From the NCBI RefSeq assembly GCF_963506605.1, contig NC_083283.1, positions 83,328,001-83,392,000 on the forward strand: a stretch of 64,000 bases of DNA. The letters run 5' to 3'. The first letter of the stretch is position 1. Every line of letters starts with the position of its first letter. This document shows, piece after piece, positions 26,221-38,293 of this stretch. Below the pieces are notes generated by a model. That model was not told where the DNA came from and did no database searches. It saw only the letters and a list, made by a program, of their open reading frames with translations. The stretch comes from Zootoca vivipara. Lineage: Eukaryota. Made by a program: the position numbers and the translations under genes.

Positions 26221-26769
26221 AGGCTTCAAATATAGAACCCCTCAAAGCTGCCATACGTAAACATTGCCACAATACACTTATTCTTAATATGTCTACTTAT
26301 GTGAAACATATTCTGTTCATACTTGAGATACTTCTTCTAGATATATCTCCTTTACTTTCTCTTAAACTGGTAAAAACATAAGCTGAAATCACTATGCATA
26401 GACTGCTGGTTAAAGATAATATATGCTGTCACATAAAGTCAAATTCCTATAACTAAATATTTAATATTATGGAGAATCAAAGACTGCATTGAAGTTGGTT
26501 TACAAACAGATGGCAGTAGGTCCTGGTCCACATGTGCATATTTATCCTTTGATGACTGCAGCATCTAGTGTGAACACAGATGTCACACCACAAATAAAAT
26601 GGTTGCATGTTCTGAAACACAAACTCAAGGTATCAGCCCACAAATCCAACACATCAGTTCAGCTGCCAAGTGATCAAGCTTAGGTTAACACAGTTAACAA
26701 GTGATGCAGTTGTCCATGTGAACTAGCCCTAAATTTTATACAAAAGGTGTGAAAGCACATAATTAACTC

Positions 26770-26955
26770 CAGGGCAGTCTTAAGCAGGTCGGGCGCCCTG
26801 GCGCCGTGGTGCGCAGATCGCTCCGGCGCCCCCGCCCCACCCCATTTCTTCCCGCGGCTGGTGGGCGGGCGCAGGGTGCAGCGCGGTTTCCGCGCAGCGC
26901 CGACCCGGCGTCCTGGCGCCCCGTGCCACCCAGCCTACCCCTAGAGCCGGCCCTG
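26770..26955. mobile_element. CpG-rich non-autonomous hAT element (MITE), 186 bp
   Basis: Exact 8-bp TSD ATTAACTC (26762-26769, 26956-26963). TIRs CAGGGCAGTCTTAAG / CTAGAGCCGGCCCTG. Confidence 0.87.
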
Positions 26956-27562
26956 ATTAACTCTCAAGGCTTGCATACTTCTTATGCATTTGTCATATAA
27001 CGAATGTAATGTTTGATTTATCATGCTATAAATCTTCCCAACCATCTCAAACTCCTGAACTGTCTCAGGCTTTCATTGGGAAAATTCAGCTAATGAGTTT
27101 TGATCATATTATTGGTCCGTCACCATATGTGGGGTTAGAAATGAATTTCCCCATCCACAAGTGGTGAGTGAGAAAACCTGGGTATCGTCCTCCCTTAGAA
27201 GTGTGTGTCATCAAAGAACTAGTAGGAACTAGGCATAAATTATACTTCGAACAAGGCAAATAAATGCTCTCTTGTCAAAGAGAGTAGGCAAACATTCACT
27301 CTGATTCTTTCTTTCCTGGCGGACTCTGACAAACATTTTTTTTGACCAAGAGAAGTCTAGTTTTTATGGGAAAAAGTGGTGTGCTTGTTGTATGTGTGGT
27401 GTAGGTATTTTCAAATACCAAAAACTATAAGCTTCTGGTAAAGATGAAATAATATGAGTGGGAGAATGATCTTCCAACCCCCTCTTCATAAAAGTACATA
27501 ACAATTAATAGCAGGCATTATATTTAAAACCTCAGAGCCCAGATTTGAAAGGGATAGCTCAC

Positions 27563-29977
27563 CTGTGCATTGGCCGAATCTCCATTACTGCTATTAATAT
27601 CTTCAGCAATGAGGAAGGGATCCTTTATTTCACATGTATCTTTATTGCTCAGAGTATTGGAATAATTTGCCTTAGAAATATTAAACTGACTTTTCCTAGA
27701 GTCTGTGGTGAGAGAAACTTCCTGGCAGTAGGAGTGCAGAAATGCTCGGACTCCATCGATCCCCACAAACTGCGAGATGGGAGCCCCACTGAAATTCAAA
27801 CTCCCCGATTCAAGCAGCTGAGAATTTCTCCACCGGTGCAACTTAATGGCCCCTAACACAAGTAGGAAAGTGAAGAACAAGCAGGAGACAAAAGCCACTG
27901 CAAGGACCAGGTAGAAGGTGAGGTCAGATGGAGGCTCTACAGGAGCTGAGATACTGCTCAGGTCTGAGAGGATTGCAGGGATGGTGTCAGCCAGCACCAC
28001 AGTCAGAGTGGCTGAAGCAGAGAGAGGCGGCTGCCCATTGTCCTTCACTAAAACCACCAGGCTTTGCTTGAGGGCATCTTTCTCCAGAAAGAAGCGGGCT
28101 GTCCTGATCTCTCCCGTGTGGAGCCCCAGAGTGAAGAGCCCTGGCTCGGTGGCCTTGATCAGCTGGTAGGAGAGCCAGGCATTCTGGCCAGAGTCCGCAT
28201 CCACGGCCACCACCTTAGTGACCAGGTAGCCTGGCTCAGAGGAGCGAGGGGCCAGCTCTATCCCCGTGGAGCCATCGGTGGGAGGGGAGGGGTACAGGAT
28301 TTGGGGAGCATTGTCATTCTGGTCCAGGATGAAGAGAGTCACTGAGACGTTGGAGCTGAGTGGTGGAGAACCTCTATCCTGGGCCCTGACCAGGAACTTA
28401 ATCTCCCTCATCTCCTCATAATCAAAATAAATCAGGCCATAGACAATCCCAGTCTCAGAGTTAATGGAAAGGAAGGAAGATACTGGGGAGTCACTGATGT
28501 TGTGCTCAATAATGGAATAAGTGACTCTGGAGTTCTCTCCACAGTCTGGATCATCAGCCTTCAGGGAAAATATGGAGGCCCCTCTTGGGTTGTTCTCCAT
28601 TATATACGAAGTATAAACTGATTGCAGGAAGTGTGGAGGGTTGTCGTTTGTGTCTAAAATCTCAAGTGGAATAACAATTGATGTGGAAAGTGGAGGGGTC
28701 CCATGATCTGTGACTGTGACAGTGATGTTGTAGGCGGCCACCTGCTCTCTGTCCAGGGCTCTTGCTGTCATCAAACTGTAGTAGTTGCCATAGGCTTTTG
28801 TCAGTAGAAAGGGGAGGTTGCTGGGGACAGAGCACGTGACTTCTGCATTCTCTGCCGAATCCTCATCTTGCACATTCAAAAGGGCTATTGCAGTCACTGG
28901 TGGAGAGTTCTCAGGGACGGAGCTGATAAGTGAAGTTATTTCCAGTTTGGGTGCATTGTCATTTACATCAGTAACAAATACTATGACAGTTGATCTGTCC
29001 AATAGACCTCCACCATCATGGACCTGGACCTCAATTTCATGAAGTGTAGACTCCTCATAGTCCAAGCCTCTTGCAAGTGTAATTTCCCCAGTATGTGAAT
29101 TCAAATGAAATATTTGTGAAGCCCTTTCTGTGATCTTTCTGAATGAATATTTCAGTTCCTTGTTGACACCTTCATCCAGGTCAATGGCTTTTAATATAAC
29201 CACTGTGGTACCAACAGGAATATCTTCCCTAACGCTAACTTCATAGCTATGATGGCTAAAAACTGGTGCATTGTCATTAGCATCTAAAACTGTCACTTGA
29301 ATCTGTACAGTTCCTGTCCTGACTGGATCTCCCCCATCATATGCTGTGAGGACCAGATTATGAATAGCTTCCTCTTCACGGTCCAAAGGCCTTTCCAGTA
29401 CCAATTCAGTGTATTGTCTACCGTCAACTGTCTCTTGCACATTGAGGGAGAAATGGCTACTGTTGCTGAGTTTGTATCCCTGAAGGGTATTGGTGCCCAA
29501 ATCAAGATCCTGAGCTTCATCGAGGGGAAAGTGAGTTCCAGGTGCTGTGGTCTCACTAACTTTGAGCTCCAGTTTCTCTGAATGGAAGGTGGGAGCGTTG
29601 TCATTAATATCTGTGATTTCAACTTCAGCACCATATACTTTCATTGAATCTCCCACTATGGTATCAAAATTCAAGACACACCTATCCACTTGTCCACAGA
29701 GCTCCTCTCTGTCTATTCTCTCTGTGACGTACAAATGACCACTCTTATAATTCAAAGCAAAATACTGTGTCCTACCTCGAGAAACAATGCGGACTCCACG
29801 GCGTGAGAGCTCCTTTAATTCCAGCTTCAGGTCTTTTGCGATAGGCCCCACAAAAGAACCTTTTTCTGCTTCTTCAGGGATGGAATAATGAATCTGCCCT
29901 GTAACAGCTTGCCAAACATGAACCAGAATGAAACAAAAGACAGCTCTCCTTCTGCAATCTTGAAAAAAGGTTGCCAT
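27563..29977 (-). CDS. PCDHGA: V6: protocadherin gamma-A-type variable exon (805 codons)
   Basis: ORF 27524..29977. EC1 [19 protein letters not shown]6 [28 protein letters not shown] and tail [29 protein letters not shown] are gamma-A signatures. Donor CAG|GTGAG at 27563/27562. Confidence 0.92.
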
Positions 29978-30084
29978 TGCCAGATGTACTTCTGTGCCAA
30001 GGTGAAGATCCTACTTCTTTGATAGAGTGGCTATATTTTAGATTTGTCTGTATGTGACTGAAATTCTTAGTATAAACACACATA

Positions 30085-30284
30085 NNNNNNNNNNNNNNNN
30101 NNNNNNNNNNNNNNNNNNNNNNNNNNNNNNNNNNNNNNNNNNNNNNNNNNNNNNNNNNNNNNNNNNNNNNNNNNNNNNNNNNNNNNNNNNNNNNNNNNNN
30201 NNNNNNNNNNNNNNNNNNNNNNNNNNNNNNNNNNNNNNNNNNNNNNNNNNNNNNNNNNNNNNNNNNNNNNNNNNNNNNNNNNNN
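30085..30284. other. Assembly gap (200 N)
   Basis: Run of exactly 200 N, typical of a scaffolding placeholder. It overlaps the expected V6 promoter. Confidence 0.98.
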
Positions 30285-30719
30285 GGTAGACACTGTGATG
30301 ATCTTGTCTGAAAGGTCATGAAATATGTTTTCCTGATATTTTCTGGTACTTTAGTAAGCATTTTTTTCTGTTAAGATTTAAATAACATGGAATCCAGCTA
30401 GAAACACGTGTATATATGCATGCAAACATGTGATCATAAATCTTTTCTCTGCTAGAATTTAAACCAACTCTCATAAAAATTATAGATCTCTTAAATTATG
30501 GGAATAAAATAATGATAAAATATGCTTCCAAAATATTTATTTTTAAAATGTTTATCCCTACCCATGCCCCCAAATTTGCTCAGGGCAATTTCTCAAGAAA
30601 TATAAGGATAAGGTAACAGGAAGGGTTGTGCCCATAACATACACATGAGACCATTCATATACACATTTACTCAAGGCCGAATACATGTTACATTAAAATA
30701 GCATGTGTGGAAATGAGCC

Positions 30720-30810
30720 CATAGCTGCCAAGTTCTTCCCCTTTTTTAAGGGAAATTCCATTATGCCGAATAGGCTTCCTCGCGAGAAAAGGGAAAACTT
30801 GGCAGCTATG
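30720..30810. mobile_element. 91-bp hAT-type MITE
   Basis: Perfect 15-bp TIRs CATAGCTGCCAAGTT / AACTTGGCAGCTATG. TSD AATGAGCC / CATGAGCC (7 of 8 match). Confidence 0.85.
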
Positions 30811-31090
30811 CATGAGCCTCACTTGGCAGCCTGACTTGGATCAGTGCCATGATGCAGGAGGTACCTAATTAGGCCCTCATTTTCCCCCTAACATGTTGCT
30901 TTGGGCAATCAGACTGAGGTTGTGGCACAGAGAAAAAACATTAAACCTGCCCATTCTCATGTTGTGGCCCTGATCAAAATTAGAAGACCTTCACGACTGC
31001 TTCTACAAAGAAGAAAAGGATCGCTAAATGCAGAGCTCCCATGTAACAAGTAGTTTATCTCTCAGAAGATCCACTGCTTTCAAGTATAGG

Positions 31091-31110
31091 GTGTGTGTGT
31101 GTGTGGAGAG

Positions 31111-31152
<42 letters not shown>
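31091..31152. repeat. Compound (GT)n(GA)n microsatellite
   Basis: Direct reading. Confidence 0.95.
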
Positions 31153-31156
<4 letters not shown>

Positions 31157-31209
31157 CTGAATCCCAAGAATATTTTGTTTTTCCTCCAATGAGCTTACAT
31201 GGCCCCCCC

Positions 31210-31325
31210 ACCCCTCTTTCTCTTCACAACAGAGATGATGTTGGTTAGGTTGATAGGACAGTGACGGGCTCAAGTTCACCCAGTGAGCTTCATAGCGGAG
31301 TGAGGATTTTAACCTGTCTCTCCCC
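31210..31325 (-). mobile_element. Ancient MIR/CORE-like SINE remnant
   Basis: TCACAACA..GTTAGGTTGA..CAAGTTCACCCAGTGAGCTTCATAGCGGAGTGAGGATTTTAACCTG. Confidence 0.45.
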
Positions 31326-32967
31326 AATCCTTTCACCTCCAAACTTTCAGAATTTTGTGGGATGGATTCAATTAAACTGGACTGAATTACTTTGCTGCCA
31401 TTGCACTAATCTGTTTGTAAAAAATGGGACTTTTTGTGGTTAGGCAAGTGCTAGGGAAATGCACCTGAAAGAGGGAGGTGAATGAATGATTCATGGGAAG
31501 GTGTATAAATGCTGCAGAAACAAATCAGGATCCACGCTCATTGTCACAGAACCTCGCTGCAAACAAATCAGAACAAGTGTGCAATAAAGATATAGTCTAA
31601 CTTCCCCAGTAAGCTTTGTGCAAGCAGATCAGGATGACTTCTCAATAAACAGGTTGTCTCAAGGGGCCCCTAGTCCAACAGTCAAACCGCTACACCACAA
31701 GAACTTTATTTCTATAAGCACTACATTTCTAGAAGCTTCATCTGACATCAAGCATGTCTGTAGGACATGTGATTCTGTCAAGTGTTTTTTTTTGGGGGGG
31801 GGGGGACATTTTTATCTTATACTGTGTTGTGATGCGAAGTATTACATGAATTGTATTATCCGATTCTGATTTTGTCACCTAAAACTACATCAAGTATTCT
31901 CAAATTCTCTGCTTCTCCCAAATCTTTATCATCTCTTTCTTTCTAAACTGGTCTGAATTTTTTTAAAAAGAATCATAAAAGTGTAGAGTTATAGCAAATG
32001 ATTTGAAATGAGTGACCAAAATGATTAAACAATATGGAGAAAATTACCACCACCCTATCTTTGAAACAAGTTATAGCAAAAAAGATATGCAGAATGTTTG
32101 GAATATGCATCCACCCTCATCTAGCAACAAAGTATCCACACACAGATAACTGGATCTGAACCTGAATGCCCATCCTAGTTTGTCAGTGCTAAGTTAGTTT
32201 TTGCCTCTTTCTTCACATGATCATTTTGTTTGGGTAGGAAGTTATTTGGTTAATGTGTGGAATCTCCAAATATTAGATTCCTCTATCCAAAATATTAAAT
32301 GGCACAGCCCAACATCACAGACGGGTGCTGATTGTTTCAATTCTAAGTTGAGGATTGGGAATTTGGGCAGGTGGTGGCAAGCTATAAGAACAAATGAAAA
32401 CTGAAGAGATGGCTAATTATATGACTATTAGGTGTATAAATAATTCTTTTAGTATTCACTGCAATTAAAGGTGAAAGAATATTGCAGTATCAAACGGCAG
32501 ACATTGTAAAACATCCCAATTTTCATTGCACACAAGGAGTGCTATGAAACGGTATCATAAGATGTGAACTAAGTGGATGGTCTCCAAAATTATTTATCAC
32601 TTCCTCTTCCTTCCTCCTTCTCCACTTACAGACTGTGACATATATGCACATTTATCTGCCTTGTTAAGTATCTATATAGATGGCAATCAGTAAATAAGTA
32701 ACTGCCGAGCACGTCTATAACTACAGTAGGATTAGTCGGAATCAATATAGATAAAATGATTGCTTCATTAAAGTTGAAGCAACTAGAAAAACAAGGACTA
32801 TTTAGCATCTGTTATAAAAGAAATTATATTTCTTTTCCTCAGCCTCTACATCATTATGAATCTATTGGAAGATACATCCACTATATACAATATTGTTCTT
32901 CATATACAGACACAGTTTAAAAGTAGTGCAGGAGATAATGTGAATAATATCTAGAATGGAAACTCAC

Positions 32968-35388
32968 CTTGTTTGCATTATCCATCTCAGAATTAAAATG
33001 GTTTTCTCTGCTGCCTGTAAAAGGTGGAACAGTTTTGTCATCACAAATAACATTGTCTGCAATCTGAACGTTAGGTGCCAGGAATGCAAACTCATTTTTC
33101 CTGGTCTCTGAGGATAGACAGAGCTGGTAAGTGTAAGGTAATGTCCCTTCTTCAAAATTCGGTGGGAATACGGTACCAGGCTTTGAAAAAGGAGTAGGAC
33201 CAAAGCACTGAAGGAACTGAGGACTGCTTGATGTGCGAAGCTTCGTAACAACTGCCAGAGTCACCGTAAGGAGAAATAAGAATGAAATCAAAGCTAAAGT
33301 CAATACTAAATAAAACTGTAGGTCAGATTGATTATGTGAATCATTACTTTCACTGCTCACTTCTGGGAGCGCCTCTTGGAAGTTCTCAGCAAACACCAGG
33401 TTGAGACTCACGGTAGCGGATAATGGTGGCTGCCCATTATCCTTGACTAAGACGACGAGCTTCTGCTTCACAGCATCTCTTTCCAGAAAAGTTCGTGAAG
33501 TCCTGATCTCCCCAGTGTGGGACCCAATTCTGAACAATGCTGGCTCCGTAGCCTGAAGCAGGTGGTAAGAGAGCCAGGCATTGTGCCCAGAGTCAGCATC
33601 TACTGCCACCACCTTGGTCACCAGATAATCTTCTTCCGCTGAACGAGGCACCATCTCAAACAAGGATGAACCCTTGACTTCCTGTGAAGGGTAGAGGATT
33701 TGAGGATTGTTATCATTCTGGTCCACAATGAACACTTTCACTGTGGTGTTTCTGCTGAGTGGTGGCGAGCCACCATCTTGTGCTTTCACTTGGAACTGAA
33801 ACTCCCTGGTTTGCTCATAGTCAAAGGAGCGTTGGGCATAGATCATGCCATTTTCTGAGTTAATGGAGATATAAGAGGACAGGGGCAGGTTCTCCATATT
33901 ACTATTGAGCAGAGAATAAGTGATTTGCGAGTTGTACTCTAGATCTGCATCTGCAGCCTTTACACGGAAAATGGAAGTTCCAGCTGGATTGTTCTCTGAC
34001 AAATAGGTGACATAGGAAGATTTTTCGAAAGCTGGGGGGTTATCATTGATATCTGAAATCTGCAGGGAGATGGTTCTGTGAGTGGAAAGAGGGGGGTTGC
34101 CTTTGTCTGTGGCTGTGATTGTGATATTGTATTCTGGAGTGCTTTCTCTGTCCAAGGGCGCATCTGTAACCAACTTATAGAAGTTATTGGATGTAGCAAT
34201 TATTCTAAATTGCCAATGACTTTGTAAATGACAAGTAATGTTCCCATTGTCTCCAGAATCTTTATCGTTTACATTGATAAGGGCTACAAGGGTTCCTATT
34301 GCAGAATCTTCAGGAATTGGGCTGGATAAGGAAGCCAGGATCACTTCTGGGGCATTGTCATTCTCATCTAATAGCTTTATTTCAACATTGCAATGAGTCA
34401 CTAATCCACCTCCATCTCTTGCTTCTACTGTCATTGCATATTTCTCTGCTTCTTCGAAGTCCAACAAATCCTTAACTGTAATTGTCCCATTTTGGGGATT
34501 TAGGAAGAAATTTTTGCGAGCGTTTTCAGGGATGTTGCTAAAACTATATATGATATGGCCATTTGAGCCTTCATCTCTATCTGTGGCTTTCACTTGTATT
34601 ACTGAAGATCCTTTGGGGGTATTCTCTTTAAGACAGACCTTGTACACTTCTTGTGTGAAGATTGGCGGATTATCATTTGCATCAATGACATTGATCCATA
34701 TTGTGGCAGTCCCAGTTTTGGCAGGTTTCCCTCCATCCAGAGCCATAAGAATTAAATGGAAACTGCTTTCACTTTCTCGATCCAACTGTTTATTCAGTAC
34801 TAATTCTGCATATTTCTTCCCATCTTCTCTCTCTATAGCTTCCACTATGAAATACTGATTGGGCATAAGGTGGTAATTCTGGAGAGAATTTATTCCAACA
34901 TCTGGATCTTCAGCAAACCCAAGCACAAATCGGGCTCCTGGCAAAGTGAATTCACTTGTCTCTAGTTTGATATTCTCATTGACAAAATGTGGTGCATTAT
35001 CATTGATATCCTGGATCTGTACAGTAACATGAAAAATATTCATAGGATTTTCAATCATCACTTCAAAACTAATGAGACAATATGCATTGCTTCCACATAT
35101 TCCTTCTCTGTCTATCCTGTCATTTACATATAGATTTCCATTTTCTATACTGATTGTGAAATATTGCCTTTTACCCAGAGAAAGGATATGCAGATTGCGA
35201 TTTGCTATTTCTCCAGCATTCAGCTCCAAATCTTTGGCAAGATTTCCTACAATGGAGCCTTTTTCCATTTCCTCAGCGATAGAATACTGAACGTGCTCTG
35301 AGGCAGTCTGGCACAACAAGGACAATAACAAGAGGAGTGGTACTTGCCTTTTTACCGACCCATTTTTCTCTTTGTGCCTGTTGTCCAT
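32968..35388 (-). CDS. PCDHGB: V7: protocadherin gamma-B-type variable exon, subtype Z-related (807 codons from second ATG)
   Basis: ORF 32917..35427. ATG 35388 (MDNRHKEK) aligns with paralog starts and gives the shared 2421-nt length; an upstream in-frame ATG at 35427 is also possible. Donor AAG|GTGAG at 32968/32967. Confidence 0.92.
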
Positions 35389-35662
35389 CTGATTTGGTGA
35401 GACATTTGCTTTATTCTTTTCTTGCATATTTTCATTAGATGGAGATTCTCAAGTTCCCATCAGGACCCACAAATCCACAAAAAGGAAGTATAAAAGCAGT
35501 CACTGTCTCTTTCTATATGTTGCAGTGGGTTTTATTTCCTCAGCAAAAGTGTTTTAATGTCCCTGCGTTCTACTATCTCCCGGTTCTGCAGTCTGTGGCT
35601 GAACAACAGCACTGCAGGAAGCATTGCTTAGCAGATTCCATGCAGCACCATGAGAACTACAT

Positions 35663-35703
35663 TAGCCAACAGCGACACTCTGAGTCTGAGATGGAGAACT
35701 TCA
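35663..35703 (-). promoter_or_regulatory. CSE / CTCF-site promoter element of V7 (canonical CGCT)
   Basis: Minus strand TGAAGTTCTCCATCTCAGACTCAGAGTGTCGCTGTTGGCTA. Confidence 0.87.
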
Positions 35704-36752
35704 TGTGCTGCTTTCCCCCCTTCCTTGGATGTAGAATACAAGAGCAATCTATTTTCAAAAGCATTATGAGAAGGTTTTCTTGCTTTGTAACTACATCTGT
35801 GTGACTGTGTGTTTTGCTTTTACAGTAGCAGGAAATGGAAATACATTTCAAGTGCTTTAGAGATGCAACAACCTCCCCTATCCCACAAATTTTCCATCTT
35901 CCCTCTGTACTTCCACAGATAAGTGACGGAAGGGATTGTTAGCACTCAACAACATTTTGTAGCCAATGAATGCAACTTCTGTGTCCAGCTCTCCTCTGTA
36001 AAACAATACATTTAATAAAATTCAGTGATATTACTATTTTTAATAAAAAGGTGAGCAACTAACAGAGCAATCCTATGGAGGTTGGACAGGCAGCATGGGT
36101 GGCAGAGATAATTGTGGAAGAGGAACCAAGTTATGAATTGAGCATAAGATATGAGGTGGCTTTTTTACTTTCCCCATATTTTTTCCTTGTAAAAAAAAGA
36201 AGAAGGTTCCATAGGGAAGGGAAATAACTCCAGGGCTGGTGTAGTGCCCCACTCATTCCATCATTGAGCAGGTCTGGGAAACAAGGGAATCTAAAGCCTC
36301 CCTGGAGCACCCCCTTCTTGCCTTTTCCACCCATAGAGCACTGCCTGTAATACAGCCATGGCAATGGAGCTTTCTGTCACTGGTCAAGGAAGGACCTCTG
36401 CAGTGGAGCTTCCTCTCTATGTTAGATAACCTTCTCGGCTCAGAGTTTTCCTTACAAAAACTCCTGACTCTTGCTACTTATTGCCAACTCTTATCCAAAC
36501 GCTTGCACAAACACTTGTGAAACCGCACTGGTGGTGATTTTTCTAATTCATTTTACGCATGCCACTTACAGGGTACAAAATACAGAGAGAGGAATAAAAC
36601 AGAGACCCTTAAAAGAGTTAACTTCGTCATCATTTGTCACTAAAATGCTGGCCTGGGTTTAAGGTGAATACATAATGGCATGCATGAGTGCTAAATAACA
36701 GTTTGGCCTAAGTTTGAACTGTTTGTCAAAGTATCCTCAAATACTGTTGTGA

Positions 36753-36900
36753 CATAGAATCGTAGAGTTGGAAGGGACTCTGAGGATCATCTAGTCCAAT
36801 CCCCTGCAGTGCAGGAATATGCAGCTGTCCCATACAGGAATAGAACCTACAACCTTGGCATTATCAGCATCATACTCTAACCAACTGAGCTATCCAGACT
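36753..36900 (-). mobile_element. tRNA-derived SINE with CR1-type 3' tail (Squam3/POM-SINE-like)
   Basis: Minus strand: GGATAGCTCAGTTGGTTAGAG (A box), GGTTCTATTCC (B box), then TTGGACTAGATGATCCTCAGAGTCCCTTCCAACTCTACGATTCTATG (CR1-like tail). Confidence 0.8.
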
Positions 36901-37952
36901 GCCAATATTGCAATACTATTAACATTTATATTCTAGCTGCACAGTTCTAGGATCATAGCTGAAATAGTTATGCATCTTCATTTAAAAGACTGAAAGCAGC
37001 AGAAAGACCTCAGCACCGGATCATAACCATTGCCACCTGATCCATGGGGTTGAGTGTGCCATGAGAATTGGACTCTAGTTGGAGTCACAGTCTGAGACCT
37101 CTACATATACAAAACATGTTTTTGCATGAGCTTTGGAGACCTACCCTGCCTGCCCATCTCATTCATCAGTCACTCTATCCTTGCAGGTTGCTCTTCCTGG
37201 CCCAGGCAAACTGACTGTCAGTAAGCATCCTGAGTGTCTGTGCCAGATGGTGTTTGCAGTGTTGAATGCTCTAGAAAAGACCCTCCTTTAACCACACCGT
37301 GCATCTTGTCACTTGACATGCCCATAGTGCTGTTCTGATACAGATGTGGTCCCCAGAGACAGGATAATATTGCTCCTGGCATCCATACCTGGAGCCCAAG
37401 GCCTGTAAAGATCCATGGATGCCTCTATGTCCTACCTTCAGTTTGTACAAACAGAGAGCTGGATCACTCCAGAAATGAACAGCTCAGTACAATGTTGAAA
37501 CTTACATATGTGTGATTACAGAAATGATAAAATTATATGAATATACAAAATGATGGGTACAGAATTTTGTTATTATTCACATTTTAGGGCACTTATTTTC
37601 CAGGCTCCAGAAACTATGCATGGATACATATTCGTGGAATCAAAAGTTTGATAGAGTAACATGGTAATTAAGCACATGTAAAAATGTGTTTATTACTATT
37701 AATCTTTAATTATTCCATTCCCCACCCATTGTGCACTTCAGACAACTTGCTCCTTGGAGGAAGAGATTCGTCTATTCTTTGCTTATTTATCTACTTGATT
37801 TATATACTACTCTTCAAGCCGCAGGTTTACAATCAGATCAAATAAAATAAAATACAATCAATATATAAAATCCATAGACTAGCACAAAGCTTTAAATGGA
37901 AAACACAGCAACTCATAACAATTTAACTAAGTGGCAATTTCCTAATAGCAAC

Positions 37953-38293
37953 TGTTGTGATGTGGGGTTCGTGATTTCAGCTCTCTTGACATAATATGCT
38001 GGAGAAAGTTCTCTAGTAACACTTCTTTATTACAGCAAACAAGACTAAGCTATGAGGAGAGGAAAGCTACATTTATAGGGACGGGGGACTAGCTACATTT
38101 TGGAGGGAACAATATCAGGTAATCACAGTGCTGCCTTTTGGAGGAAACCAGTAAGACAGAGGATCCAAATACAGCAGCTTAAATGAACCAATAGTAGCTG
38201 TACCTTCTGGAACCAAAAGGCAGTTACTTTACCCTAATGCAAATACAGACAATAGTAATACAGATATAAAATCCTTTGACTCAATACACAACA
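37953..38293 (-). mobile_element. Solo LTR (341 bp), inserted in an L2-like 3' remnant
   Basis: Termini TGTTGTG..CACAACA with exact 5-bp TSD GCAAC (37948-37952, 38294-38298). Minus-strand TATAAA (38077-38072) followed by AATAAA (38031-38026). Confidence 0.8.

Noticed and set aside
29874-30361. ORFs spanning the N run
   Set aside because: Artefacts of the assembly gap.
36820-36900. tRNA-like sequences here and at 56635-56700
   Set aside because: They are degenerate A/B boxes fused to SINE bodies and tails, and no intact cloverleaf was evident.
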